A DNA stretch of 60,000 nucleotides. It comes from Camelus dromedarius (taxonomy: Eukaryota). The notes beneath the pieces were generated by a model. The model did no database searches and was not told the origin of the DNA. It saw only the letters and a program-made list of their open reading frames with translations. Below are positions 35,686-49,942 of this stretch, piece after piece. The stretch is from the NCBI RefSeq assembly GCF_036321535.1, contig NC_087436.1, forward strand, positions 74,712,001 to 74,772,000. The letters are read 5' to 3'. Position 1 is the stretch's first letter, and the number at the start of each line of letters is the position of its first letter. The position numbers and the translations under genes are program-made.

Positions 35686-38600
35686 AAAGAAAAGGTAACT
35701 TTGGGGCATACCGTTCAACTTCATTTGCCATCTGTTTTAGAGACACTAGTCTAAAATGACTTATGTAGAATGTAGTTTCAGTATTGCTGTCAACTGAGTG
35801 CCAGCCTTTCAAGAGGGAAGTTCCCAGGAACCAGAACATTGGAACCACTTAGATTGTTTACTTGAACTTTGTTAGAATGACTGCCTTTGTGTTTAACACC
35901 ATCCTACATCAGCAATGTCTTCCACACCCCTAGCTGTCACTTTGATTATGGCTGGCAAACTTTGTCCTGGAATCTTCTATGCCATGTGTACCCAAAGTGC
36001 ACATTCTACAGCTTACCTTGCTAACTCCCGGCTATTCTATGAACAGGACACTGAAAGAATACCACAAGTAGTGCTTTGATAACTGACTGTTTTCCAGCTT
36101 GAATTGGTAACTTAGAGATCAAGTACTTAAGCACTTAATATCTACCTTGCCAGGGCCTCCCTCTCCACTCCTCCCCTCTTCAAAACATGCTAGAGGCTCC
36201 TTTTGGTGGAGGAACTACACCTCTTACTATTGAGTGACACATTACGCTCAGTGTGCTTTTCAGTGATGGGTTATGTTGAGGCTCCTTATAAGCCAACAGG
36301 AATGTAGAACTTCTCAGGTGACTTAAGACCTGAGATGATGTCTGTATAAGGACCAATGTAAAACCAAACTGAACTAAGTTTCCTTTAGAGAGTAGGGGAA
36401 ATCCTTCTGTTGGCAACACAATTTACTCAACACTTTCTAGTTAAACTGATCCAACCTGGATTAGAATTGAGTACAGTTGGCCTGGCTTTCCACAAGATGT
36501 TTATATTCACTGGTGGTATCTCATTTTGCCAAGGGGAAGCTTTTGTCTTTGGAGCAAGAAGGTGGAGGAGAGAAGGGTATTGGTTCCTCGGACCTAGGTC
36601 AAAGAGCTGTGGTGAGGCTGAAGGGCACAAGAGACTAGTGGGATTTTCAGGTGGGGTGGTGGTACAGACTTAAGTCTAGACCTCATGTTGACTGCTGGCA
36701 TGCAGACAGGGACTGTCACATCTTGTGTGTGGAATGCCCTGCCACCCTCTAGGTGCAATAAATCTTCAGAGATCTAAGGATCATTAGGCCAATGGAGAAT
36801 TCATCTGGAGGTAATAGCGTCCTTAAATCATAGCTAGGTGAGAGAATGACTCAGTGACAAGTAACTATACTATAAAACTCATCGAATGACTTGGAGTTAC
36901 AAAAACACTTCGGAATAACTATACTCATCATGTGGTGGCACTATTACTACTACAACATCACTGATTTGGTTGCTAAGTATCTTGAGTATATCCCTAGTTA
37001 AGAATTATGCCTTAAGCTTATAGTTTAAAAAGCTAATGCTCTAATCTGTTCTTAGAAATGATCAGTACACATATGGAAACTAAAAAAACTGCAGTGTATT
37101 GTATATATGTATTTACATGCAATATAATGTTTATGTGCAGTCAAACTAACAATTCTACCTAATAAAACTGAAAAAGAAAAAAAAGCCCCCCTACATTACA
37201 TGTTAAGCTTATAAGAGGTGTTTGTAACCCCACTACATATGAGGAAGCTGGGTTGATAACTCCTTTTGATCTGGAAGCTAAGGTGCTTTCTCCTCACTGC
37301 CTCTCCATGATGCTAGATTTTCTTGTGTGACTGGAAGTGAAGGTAATGAAGAATCTCAAGTACAGCCTGTGGCTTTGTCTGGCTTAGTTTTAAACTGTGT
37401 ACAATACTTAAAGCACTTTCCAAGTGAGCTCCTAACCAGTGAGCGTGGCCCACAACCGGGCCGACTTGTGACTAGGAGCCAATCGTGATGCATGCCAACG
37501 CTGTTTCCTTCACTTTGTGGGTCACCAGCAGTTACGCTCTTAGAGAGGCAACTAACAGTTCGTGGTAACTGAAGAGTTCCTGTAATCTGTCAAGTTGCCT
37601 TAGCCTCTGAGAACTTACTGTTCTTATAGGCAGCACTTCATGTGTCCTTCCAAAAATTATTTGGAAAAGTTCAAATTTCATAGAATAACAGTGGGTCCCC
37701 TCAATCCAGTCTTAGGAAAAACATTGGAAGTCTGTCTTAAGCTAAACTTTGGCCACCAGTCCATCAATACTCAATTGTCTAAAATGAGTCTGCAAGTGCC
37801 AATTGTGGTCTTGAGCCCGTATAATGTGATTCTCAAACATGAAATCCAAGAGTGGCCGGAGCCATATGACTCAGTTGAAGCCAGTTCTTACACGTGTAAT
37901 CTTACGTAGTTTCCCTTGCCTCTTGAAACCACCGGTTGATGTAAATACCTAAACCCAGCAATAGGCCAAGGCTGTAGGCTTGGGGAAACTGCCTGGTATC
38001 TGACTTGATTCAGCACTTAGCAGGCTGCGAGAAACAACCTGCTGCAGTCATGGCTGTCAGATGGCCAGTTTGTTATCAGTCAGGTAATGCTAACAGATGA
38101 AGTCCAATGGCTATTTTGTTTTGTCCAAGAATTTACAAGATCTGTGTAAATCGGTAATGACCCTGTCTGGTAATAAGTTTCCTCAGATGATGAAAGTCAT
38201 ACAGGATTCAGAGCTTTTTCTTAGATGTTTACAAATCTGAAAGTCTTGTTTATAACCAGGTACTAAATGAATCGCCTGAATTTCATAACTTGGTTGATAG
38301 CTGGGATGTCCAACCAGCAGTTCTACGGGGACTTACTAATAACTCACAGATCCACCTGTTCAGAAGCGGAGTTTGGAAGCTTCCTGAAGGGATAGCTGTT
38401 GTGTGCCTTGTTCTCCATCCCCGCTGTTGGAATTGGGTATATTTTAGAATGTTACTTAAAGGTTCCCGTACTTCTCACAGGGGGTGGGTTAGATTAATCA
38501 GATTCATAGATGACACAAATTCCCAGATGAACTTAAGTAGGACTATTGACACAATGCCATGTGCATCACCCAAATCTATGCAATGTTAACGTTCTCAGTA

Positions 38601-38866
38601 ACACGTGGGAGGCTCTTCAGGTTGAGGAGGCCATGTTTATCTTCAGTACTTGATGAATTCCTTGCAGAATGCAGGGTCTGCTCACATTTCTACTAGGTTT
38701 CATGTAACACGAAGTTATCCTGCTTTTTAGGGGTCAGTTCAAAGCAGAGATCTTCCTTAGAAACAGCCTGGATCTGTGGTATAGGGCCTCTCTTGCTGGG
38801 GTTCTTTCTAGGGTTCTCTTGGTTCCAATCTCATGCTTATTTTTAAAAACTCTTTACTTTTAACTC

Positions 38867-38979
38867 TTTTTGGGGGCAGGAAGGTAACCAGTTTTATTTT
38901 AACAGAAGTACTGGGGATTGAACCCAGGACCTTGTGCATGCTAAGCATGCAACTCTACCACTGAGCTATACCCTCCCCC
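38867..38979 (-). mobile_element. tRNA-Ala-derived SINE (vic-1-like)
   Basis: gtactggggattgaacccaggaccttgtgcatgctaagcatgcaactctaccactgagctataccctcccc. Confidence 0.9.
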
Positions 38980-40766
38980 ACTCCATTCTTGTCCTTATAC
39001 TTACGATCTTGCCTAATCTTACCACTTTCCCCACACGTCTCTTGACCTCATGTTCATGTTATAATCCCTATCCTTAACCCATCTTGACCATTTTGCTTTA
39101 AATTCTAGTAGGTATTGACGGTTCTGGTTCCCCGTTTTCCAGGCATAAACTTTTTTAGTCTTATATACCTGTTCATTGTTCAAATATGTGGGGCCATGGT
39201 GGTTACTTGAACAGCAGATCAGGGTCCTGACTAACTATAAACTGAATATGGGTGGGCAAACAATACTAGCGTCAACAACAACAGTAGCTAAGCCTTTATA
39301 CCATTGTTCTGAACGCTTCACGTGCACGGGTTGATTCCTTGGCAGTAACTCTTATGGGATAGTTATTTTCATAAGGAAAAAAGACAACCTAGAAGTTGTC
39401 ACTTCCTCAGTATCTCAACCTAGGAAACTGTTCGTCTTAGGTTAAGTGTCTTTACATATACAATTAAACTGCCCTTAGAATGACTTGCTATAACCCGCCT
39501 ATAGAGCAACCCCTTCATCTAATACTGAATATCCTAGTAAGGGGTTAGGCATCACAAATATGATCTGAATCTCAAACCAAAACTACACATAGTCAGGTGG
39601 ATGTCATTCCTGTCTCACTCAGCAGGAAGCTAGACATCTTAGGGGAACAACAGTCACTTCCTGTACCAAAGTTCAATCTGCTTACCCAGCTCCAGTGTAC
39701 ACTGACTCAAGTGTCAACTGTGGGTAATGTGGCACTCCTACCATTATGTGAGTGGAAGCTCTTGGTGTGGCCAGATGACTGGTTAAATGTCATGAGCTTA
39801 GTCATGTCCACGTCTGCATCAGACTAAAAAACCAAATAGACGCAAAAGGTGGAATAAATCTGTCATAACTTGGAACATACCTTGCTGTCTTTCCCTCTAT
39901 TTGGGGGGGGGGGGGCTTAACTCCGTCTAAGATCTCCGGGCTGTTTCAATAAACCAGTTAAGGGCTGCTGTTTGTCACACATGATTAACCCATACATGTA
40001 TTTAATTCTCAATAGGAAAATTTAGGTTCACTTAACACCACTGATTCAGTGAAGCAAGTAGTACCTGTCACTTGATAAACTAGAACTGATGTAGAAATCT
40101 TACTGGAGATATTACAACAGTCAGTTTCTACTTCCACCAACTTATTTGAGAAAGCATTTAAGTACTGGCTCACTGCCAGATAAAATGAATCTCAACTACT
40201 CAGCCCTAGGCAGTTTAAAATTTCTATAGAGGACGCTTAGAGGCTAACTGCCCAAAGCCTCACATATAAGAAGTACTGGGGCTTGAACCCCAAATCTTGT
40301 TCCAAAGCTAGATACTTACCTTTACTGCATGAAGAAGTGATGGGATGGTTGTGGAAATGCCTTCCTCATCCCCTGACTCACCTTATTGTGAATACCTTCT
40401 ACTCTACTTCTTTATGAGTGGGTGGTTAATACCCTGCACTTTGTTTTACCAAGTAACTAACTCAGTTGTTTCGCTTAATGACCTTGTCTTCCTCTCCAGC
40501 TTGCTTAACTCCTCTGACTTCAGTCCTAGTAAAATAGTTCTGGGTCTCCACAGGGGCCTCTATCTAGTCTTTTGACCTCTTTATTTCAATATTCTAGCTG
40601 TTTCCTTTATTTCCTTTTCAGGATGTCTTTTTTTTCTCCTAGGTAACAATCTTGTAGCTCTATTTCTATGCCTTTCTGATAAATCTCAACCCTTCATGAA
40701 TCAAGTGTCTACTTTGTTCTAATACTGGAAAGGCAGACCATGGATAAGTTTATAAAGACTAAGGGA

Positions 40767-41303
40767 CACCCCAGTGTTCATAGCAGCACTATTTACAATA
40801 GCCAAGACATGGAAACAACCTAAATGCCCACTGAGAGATGACTGCATAAAGAAGTTGTGGTATACTTATACAATGGAAACTACTCAGCCATAAAAAAATA
40901 ATAAAATAATGCCATTTGCAGCAACATGGATGAACCTGGAAAATGTCATTCTAAGTGAAGTAAGCCAGAAAGAGAGAAAAATACAACATGATAATCACTT
41001 ATGTGGAATCTAAAAAAAAATGAACTTACTTACAAAACACTCAGACATAAAAACTTATGGTTACTGGGCTGGAAGTAGGGGAAGGGATACATTGGGAGTT
41101 TGAAATTTGAAGATACTAATATAATAGATGAACAAGTTCATACTGTATAGCACAGGGACCCATATTCAGTATCTTGTAGTAACCTATGGTGAAGAATGTG
41201 AGAACGAATGTATGTATGTTCCTATGTAACTGAAGTATTGTGCTGTGCACCAGAAATTGACACAACATTGTACACTGACTATACTTCAATAAAAAAAGAA
41301 AAA
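40767..41303 (+). mobile_element. 5'-truncated L1
   Basis: L1 3' UTR with an A tail. The TSD is actaaggga (40758-40766 and 41304-41312). Confidence 0.9.
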
Positions 41304-43011
41304 ACTAAGGGAGATTCGTGTCTCTCAACTCATCACTGACTTTGGATTCTCCCAACTGCCAAGTATCAGGGGAAGAGAAGCCAGAAAAGCAAGGTTGTTG
41401 GGTAATTTTAAGCTTAGATTTCTCTTAAACAAACTTAAAACCCAGAAAACTCTTGCTCTTGTAACGTGGTTCCCTTGCATTCAAAGATTATAGACAAGAT
41501 ATTAAGACACACGTTATTAACTACACATCAAGTAGCATGAGTTGAGATTCGTGTTTCGGTGTCACTTGTTCTCACCAATTCTTCCACACTAAACTCACCA
41601 CCTGAAGTAGCTGCCGTATTCTAAGATGAACTCCTGACTTGCTTCTTCCTGAATCTTTGGTATCTGACTGCTAGAGGTGCAGTCCCAGGACGAGGGACAC
41701 TAGGAGAGAGCCCTCAGGATGAGGAGACTAACAATGTGAGAAACTCTCCGAAGTGGGTCAAGAGACATCAGGCCTCTGGACATTACAAAGTTCCATAGCT
41801 ATGAACCTCGTGTCCTAAGAGGGCTTGGGTAACTGTTTCTAACCAGCTCAGCAGAAAGCCATGGCTTACTTATCCTCAGTTTTATACAATCTTCCAGAAG
41901 ACAAGGATCTTCTGGCTGGCTTCAGTTAAAAATGTCTCCCTGCATCTATGCCACTACGGGAAAGCGTTCCCTCTTTAAAGTGGGAGTATTCACACTTTCA
42001 GCCCCAAATTTTCAGGCAAATTAGCAAAAGCAGTCAGGGTTTTACAACTTAGTCAGGCTTTCCTTTTTCTGTGGTTGGCAAGTGCCCCCTGTTGGAGCAT
42101 GTATTTAAAGCTCTAGTTGGCGGTTGTGCCCTATCTTAACTAGCAAGACCCTGTGTTTAACCCTGGAACAGAGGCCAAGTTTCCACAAACGTGAGGCTGA
42201 GGTTAGACTTTGTTAGGTCATCTCCCTGTGGCCTTACTTTGAGACAAATTTGCCACAGTCTTCATGGTTTGGGCCTTTCTGTGTCTGGTCTCTTATCCCA
42301 GGGTGATGCTCAGCGTTGGCATTGATATTTATCAACACCATCCATCTCTGCCTCCCACCCAAGGCTAGTTGCTCTGTTCTCATTTGCTTAAGATATCTGA
42401 GGACGGTAGAGCTGGAAATTTGGGGCTGGCTTGGGGCCCTGTACACTGGTTTCTGATTGGTCTTGAAAAACCCCTCTCTCTCAATAAACTTTCTTATTTT
42501 TAAGTGGAAGTTTTAAAACCTGGACCTAATGGGATGACAGGAGTGTGATGATTAACCTTCTAGGCAGTAACATCATGAGTTACAAGGCTGGGGCGGCCCA
42601 GACAAGTGCCTCTCAGGCCAGCTGCACAGGACTAGTTTGCTTCTAATCTGTTATGGGCCAAACTTCATAAAATACAGTAAAAGTTATCAGGGAAATAAGC
42701 CAGATCTTATTAGGCTTAGACATAAAATTATATTCTGACAGACATAATCAAAAAGGGAAGAAATAACAATTTTATATTTTTAAAATGTATTTTAAAATCA
42801 GTGACTCAAAAATTACAACCAGAATGACAGGTGTTACCGAGAGAGTGAAGTATGACCAACTGCACTAAGCGTTATGCAGAAGGAATGCTGAGCGTCAGTA
42901 CGTCAAGGGCTCAGTTTCTAATATGACAAATGAGTTTGCTTCAGTTGAGGCTGGATTGACAGCAACACTACTCACAAGGGATAACATAACTAAACTACTA
43001 AACCAAGTTTT

Positions 43012-43140
43012 TATTTTATTTTTAGTTTTTGTGGGGGGAGGTAATTAGGTTTATTATTTTTAGAGGAGGTACTGGGGATTGAACCTGGGGACCTCATGCA
43101 TGCTAAGCATGCACTCTACCACTTGAGATATACCTTCCCC
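43012..43140 (-). mobile_element. tRNA-Ala-derived SINE (vic-1-like)
   Basis: SINE body with a perfect 15-bp TSD actaaaccaagtttt (42997-43011 and 43141-43155). Confidence 0.93.
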
Positions 43141-43294
43141 ACTAAACCAAGTTTTAATAACTCCCCTAGTAGGGAGGCTAGTCTCATAGAGGCACGTTGA
43201 TCAGAATGGAGGACTTTAAACCCATCACAGCAGGCTCAGGAGATAGTTAACTTAGCCAAAATTGTCAACAAATGCTATATTAAAACTCACCTTC

Positions 43295-45561
43295 TCCTCC
43301 ACTTCCATCTGTGAGCCACAGAGGAGCTCTCGCCGCTGCTCCAGGGTGAGGGCGAGCTCTGCCTGCTCCCGCCCGAGAATAATACACTGCAGCGAGGGAC
43401 AAAATATTTATCTGATTTCTGTGGCAAAATTAAAGACCTGCCATGACGATGAAGAAAGACTGAATTTGTCATCTTCATCTAGAGAAAAATGATAGACAAA
43501 AATCAAACGTGTGGTACGGGACAGGACTCTGACCTGTCTGATTCACATACTTGAATGGCTTGATGTGGAGTGATTGGAGGACTATTTGAATTTTGCAAAC
43601 TACCTCCTGTGGGTTTTTACACCACTAATACTTTCAATACTTCCGTACTTTCCTGTCTTCTACCTTACTATTTTCTTACACATTTATAAGAGGAAGACTG
43701 TATTAAAAGCTTATCCTCGTAATTTATGGGATGGTGCGAGGAAGACAATGGGAACTCTGGGATGGACAATGCAGCAGTTTGGCATGGTTATGAAGTTCAT
43801 GGGATGGAAAAAATACCAGAAGGACTAGCACTGATTTTTTTTATAATGGAGATGTTCCCATAGATTTTTACTACTTCATGGCTAAAACTTTTATCCATAA
43901 AGGTAGAACTTGCTGAGTAGTAGCTGATCACTTTGTCTTTGAAATTCCAGGGTTTAGTTTATTACTTGATGAATCTTGTGCTCTACATGGTCCAAGAGAA
44001 ATATGTGTTAAAATCCCGAGGAGTGGTCACTTGTTTGCTATCTTACCAGGTGGAGTTTGAGAAGCCCTAATTAGCCATGAAAACCACAGCATCGTTTGGG
44101 GTAATTGGAAAAGCTTTGCTAAGGTTGCAATTGATGCGAAAGTGCCCATTATTCCTATGTTTACACAAAATATTCGAGAAGGATTTAGATCACTTGGAGG
44201 AGCAAGGTTATTTAGGTGGCTTTATGAAAAGTTCAGCTATCCATTTGCTCCAATGTATGGGGGTCTTCCTATGAAGTTAAGCACCTATTTAGGTGACCCC
44301 ATTCCATATGATCCAAAGATAACAGAAGAATTAGCCAAAAAGACGAAGGATGCTGTTCAAGATTTGATCAATGAGCACCAAAGAATACTGGGAAACGCGA
44401 ATGCTTTCCTAGAACGTTTTCATTGAAAACGAAAGATCAACTAGAAGACTTTAATACATCATGTTTACAAGCATCTTTTGCTGAACTTGTTAAAAAAAAA
44501 AAGTTGTCAATTTCATTTCTGCAATCAACTCTGTCAGATTGAAACAATAACTCACTAAATATCTAATCACTCAGAAAATAATCATGTTTCTCTTTATAAT
44601 TTCCTAATAATGTATGAAACAGATTCTTTAAGTTTATTAACAGCAATTTAGGTTAAACAAACATTCCTAAACAATGCATCTAATTTCTGTATCTCTAGCA
44701 CTGAGCGAGTTTTGCAAGATGGCATAACCTAGAGTTTAGTACAGAAGCTTATGTTAGGAAAAAATGCTCTCATCTACCCCTCATTCCTTTCATGACCTTG
44801 GGCAAATCACAATGGTTTTTGTCTAAGCAATTCACTTTTTAAAAACATGTTAATACGTTGAGGAATATTGTTATTTATATTTGCTGCAATTGATAACTCT
44901 AGAACCAAAATTATAACTCAAATGATACCAGGATCTTTTAGAAGTTTGTATTTTGTCCATTGGATGTTTAAATTATTTCTTCAGCTGTGATGTCAAGTTG
45001 CCAAGCACAATGAAAAAGATGTACTATTTTTCAAATTGAATAAAGAAATTAGGAAATGTAAAATTTCTAATTTTTAGTATTACATTTTTAATGAGAATCT
45101 GGACAATGTTGGGGTGTGCTGTGCCTTGTCAGCCCTATAATATGTCATTTAATAGTGTATGGTTTCAAGTCACTGTTCTCTGCAATTCATATGTTAGAAG
45201 CTGATTCTAGGCTGATGATAGAGAAAGCCCTCCTTTTGCTCAACATCCTAGCTTATTCAGTTTGACTTTGCAACCAGTCAGATGGTTTGTTTCAATAAAA
45301 ATATACTTGAATGATGAATTTGTGTGAACACAAAGCTTTCTGAAAAACTGCTTTTGATTTGTGTCTCCTTAAAATCTGAATTTTAAAACAATAGTAGCAG
45401 AAATTAAATGCAGTATCTCCCCCTTCCCTTTTTAGATATTCAATTACCTGGATTTTTGTGTAGACTTCTGTATAACAAGTATGTATGTATAATATGTGTA
45501 ATGCTTATAAAATAAAGCAACATAAAATGAAAGTAGTGCTGAATTATTTTTAAAAAAAACC
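43295..45561 (+). pseudogene. TMEM68: Processed pseudogene of TMEM68 (DIESL acyltransferase): 5' UTR, disrupted CDS 43489-44426, 3' UTR and A tail
   Basis: It is intronless. ATG at 43489 gives MIDKNQTCG. Fragments LEDYLNFANYLLWVFTPLIL and PIIPMFTQNIREGFRSLGG...LERFH* match TMEM68. Stops occur at 43571, 43914 and 44058, with frameshifts. AATAAA is at 45511, an A run at 45552-45559, and the TSD is aactcaccttc/aactcactttc. Confidence 0.95.
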
Positions 45562-46816
45562 AACTCACTTTCAATCCTTCACCACTGACCATTTAAAAGC
45601 TTATCCTGTAAAGCGATGGTTATCTTCAAGATAGAACCCAGCTCTGAATTTTCCTGTGTGGATCTCTTGATAAACAGCTAAATTCAGTATGTCCTCATTC
45701 AAAAGGTATCTGGCGATTTTGCAGATGGGCAACATCAAGAACCCCTACTTCACTGATCAAATTATGTAACATGTAATAGACTCTTGAAAGACTAAAGTTA
45801 ACTTTTGTTTTTGCTCCTCTTACCTGTAACTGCATAACCATTTTGTTACCTGGGAGCTTTCAGAGATTGTTAGTATGGTTTGGAGACCAGGGAGAGTGTA
45901 GACAACACCTTATCTGTTCACAGACTGAGATCATTTTGTCAACTAGGTTTTCTCAAAACACCATTGGAAGAAGGTAGGTTATGAATAAATGATGACTATT
46001 GGAGCTATAGCTTTAGGAGTCTCATGTAGCTGAGGAAGGACTTAAATTTGAGGTGGACTTTAAAACCAGAGACCTGAAGTTGCCAAGATTTTGCTATGGA
46101 AACATTTCAGAAGCAGCTAAATCCTAGAAATAGCTACACTTGGGATGCCATGTCTCTGTTCCTCTAAGTGACTATGCCAAGAGGTGGCTTGAGTCTTAGC
46201 CTCTTTCTCCCGTGATACCTCACTTGTTTGGTAACTGGTCCTTACTTAAGATGGCTTTCTGTAAACTTGGTTTCAAGTCATAAGTGCATTTCCCTGCAAA
46301 CCTGGCTATCAGTCCCTAAAACCTTCCTACATAGTAATTCTTGAGGTGTTGTTTTTCCATAGGAATAGTCTGAGCTTTGCAGGGAGGTGATGTAATCGAT
46401 TGATTAGAACAGACTTGGCACCCTGGCCTGACCTGGAGTTCCAGATCTTCTATCTTCTGTGTAACTCCTTGGCAAATCAGTTACCTTCACCAAGCCCCAG
46501 TTGTCTGGTTAGAAATAAATACTAGGGTTGTTGGGATTAAATATAGACGATATTTTGCATAAGAGGACAAAACACTTGACTTCAGAAGCTGGTACAGTTA
46601 TTTTTGGCCTGAGACAAGACTTTTATTTTGCAGCTCTAGGTGTCTAAGATGAGGTTCTTCTGATAGCAAAGGGGATGGAGGTCAGAAACAATGGCTAAAG
46701 TCCAGAGCCTGCACAGGAGATGTTTAAAGCATGCTGTTCACACAACTGTGGAGCAGAGTATTCTAGCACAACACTTTCAAATAATTTCCCATTATGGCCC
46801 AAATGCAAAATACTGG

Positions 46817-47410
46817 TATTACTGAACCAGGTTTATCCTGCCAGACGTGCATGCAGCAAGCCAAAATGCTGAGATGCCTGGATTTGCAGCAAAAGAGGCT
46901 TTGGTACCAAGGCAGCTGAGTTGGAGATGAGAGAGCAAATCTCAGATCCCCTCCCTGAAGGCAAGGGGATTAGCATATTTATGGGATAAAGAATAAAGAA
47001 GCAGGAAGGTCTGAGGCCTGGGGAGAGCATGAGGAATGTGGGGAAAGGTACAGTAACGATAATTCTGAGCAGGAGTAACTAAACTACAGGCTTTCTGCAT
47101 GTTAAAAAAAAAAAAAAAGGTGCTTATCATGATCTGAGGGTAGTTTTCGGCCCTCTGACATCAAAAAATCACTAAGTGGACGGACACTTGTGCATGCCCA
47201 GTTGGAGTGTCAGTGGTCCCATCCAGTCTTAGCTGGCTCAGCTTGAACTGGACACAGCTGACTCTAAGTTGCTGGGGAAAAAATTGGGACAAACATCTTA
47301 TTTAGGCTACATGCCACTTGGAGGACATGTAAGTCTTTTTAGCAATAGTTAAAACAAACTTGATCAGTGAAGGCAGGTTACAGATGGAATGGATTTAATA
47401 ACTAGTTTCA
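46817..47410 (-). mobile_element. ERV solo LTR (~594 bp, probably ERV1 class)
   Basis: tattactgaaccagg...gcagcaagccaaaatgctgagatgcc...actagtttca, with degenerate 4-bp flanks ctgg/cttg. Confidence 0.7.
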
Positions 47411-48251
47411 CTTGTATAACACATACTGGAGGGTACTGGGAAGCTAGATGACGGTGCTTGTGGCTGAAGGCCCCAGCCCTCCTGAGGAATGAGATCCGTA
47501 TCATACATCTATCAACATAACCCACTATCCTGTGACTCATTAGGTAAGAAGCTCTGCTCAAGGGTACTGGCCTGCTTGGAGAAAATGTCCCTGAAGGAGA
47601 GAACTTATGCTAGAAAATACTTTTCAAGTTACATTCTGCCTCCTGAGGAAATTCGGAGGTCAGTCATTCTTAAACATGAATAATTGATAGCGTATAGGTA
47701 GGGGTGGGGTCGGCAGGAAAGGTGACCTGCTTGGCTTTGTCCAGAGCGTCCCATCTTCACAGGTAAATCTTAGAATTGGCTCTAGATCCTGAGTTAGGGC
47801 TAGTTCTTATGGTGTAATAGGCCAGCAATAGTCACTTAGCATTAAGTCAGATCTGTTTTTGGTCCTATGCTGATGCTACCAAATTTCAGTGACTGATCCT
47901 TTGTTCTTCCCAATTTCTAAGCTCCCATGTTAAACAGCAGTCCCAAGAACTAAATGCCTGCTTAGATTCCCAAGTCTTCCAGGACTGTGCCAGTGGCCTA
48001 TGCAATCTACTCAGGAACAGTGGCTGTTCCTGAGGCATGGCTTCATTGTGTCCTGACCAACCCTGGTGTATGTAGTTTGTTCTGCCACTGAACTCTACCA
48101 TGAATCAGTTATGATCTGGGTAGGTGGCTACTTCTGAGGTTCATTTCAGTTGTCTACAAAAAGAAGAATAAAGGTGGGATTAAATATATTCTCAACTACT
48201 CATATTGCACTGATCTTAATTTCTCTTGATGGGATTGAAAATCAGGGAAAG

Positions 48252-49863
48252 TAGCCATTGAAATCAGATAAGAAAAAGAAATAAAAGGGATCCACATTAG
48301 AAGAGAAGTGGTAAAATTGTCACTACATGCAGATGACATGATACTATATGTAGAAAACCCTAAAGACCCCACACAACCTACTAGAGCTGATAAATGAACT
48401 CAGTGAGGTGGCAGGATACAAAATTAACATACAGAAATCTGTTGCAATTCTTTACAGTAACAATGAAATACCAGAAAATGAAAGTTAAAAAAAAAAAAAA
48501 CCAAACAAAAAAAAACCCTTTTAAAATTGCATCAAAAAAACCCCCACAAAAAACAAAAAACAAAAAAACCCCACTATAGGCATAAACCTGACCAAGGAAG
48601 TGAGAGACATATGTGGAGAACCATAAAACATTAAGGAAATCAAAGATGGAGATTTAAAGAAATGGAAAGATGGCCATACTACCCAAAGCAATCTACAGAT
48701 TTAATACAATCCCTATCACATTACCCAGGACACTTTTTCACAGAACTAGAACAAATAATCCTAAAACGTACATGGAATCATGAGAGACCAAGAATTGCCA
48801 AACCAATACTGAGGAAAAAGAACAAAGCTGGAGGAATAACCCTCAGACTTCAGACAATACTACAGAGCTATAGTAATCAAAATGGCATGGTATTGGCATA
48901 AAAACAGACATGGATCAATGGAACAGAATAGAGCCCAGAAGTAAACCCACACACCTATGGTCAATATTTGAAAGGCAAGAATATACAATGGAGGAAAAAC
49001 AAGTCTTTTTGGCAAGTGGTGTTGAAAACTGGACAGCCGCATATAAATTAACAAATTTAAAACACTCCCTTACACCATACACAAAAATAAACTCAAAATG
49101 GCTTAAATACTTAAACATAAGACAAGACACTATAAATCCCCTAGAAGAAAACATAGGCAAAACATTATCTGACAAATCCAGCAATGTTCTCTTAGGCAGC
49201 CTACCTAGGCAACAGAAATAGAAGCAAAAATTAAATGGGACCTGATTAAACTTACAAGCTTTTGAAGAGCAAAGGAAACTATAAACAAAACAAAGACAAC
49301 CTCCAGCCTGGGAGAAGATACATGCAAATGTTGGGACTGTTAAGGGAATATATAAACAGCTCATGCAACTTAATAATAAAAACAAACAACCCAATCCAAA
49401 AACGGGCAGAAGACCTAAACAAGCAATTCTCCAATGAAGACATACAAATGGCCAATAAGCACATGAAAAAATGCTCAATATTGCTAGTTATGGGAGAAAT
49501 GAAGATCAAAACTACAATGAGGTATTACCTCACACCAGTCAGAATGGCCATTATTAAAAAGTCCACAAGCTATAAATGCTGGAGAGGTTGTGGAGAAAAG
49601 GGAACCCTCCTACAGTGTTGGTGGGAATGTAGTTTGGTGCAGCCACTATGGAAAACAGTATAGAGATTCCATAAGCTAAAAATAGATTTACCATATGATC
49701 CAGCAATCCCACTCCTGGGCATATAGTCAGAGGAAACTTAATTCAAAAAGATACATGCACCCCAATGTTCATAGTAGCACTACATATAATAGCCAAGACA
49801 TGGAAGCAACCTAAATGTCTATCAACAGATAACTGGATAAAAGTGGTGTGTGTGTGTGTGTGT

Positions 49864-49942
<79 letters not shown>

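Noticed and set aside
44142..44426. 94-aa ORF as a functional TMEM68 fragment
   Set aside because: It is a residual frame of a processed pseudogene, lies downstream of the mutated catalytic motif and carries deletions.
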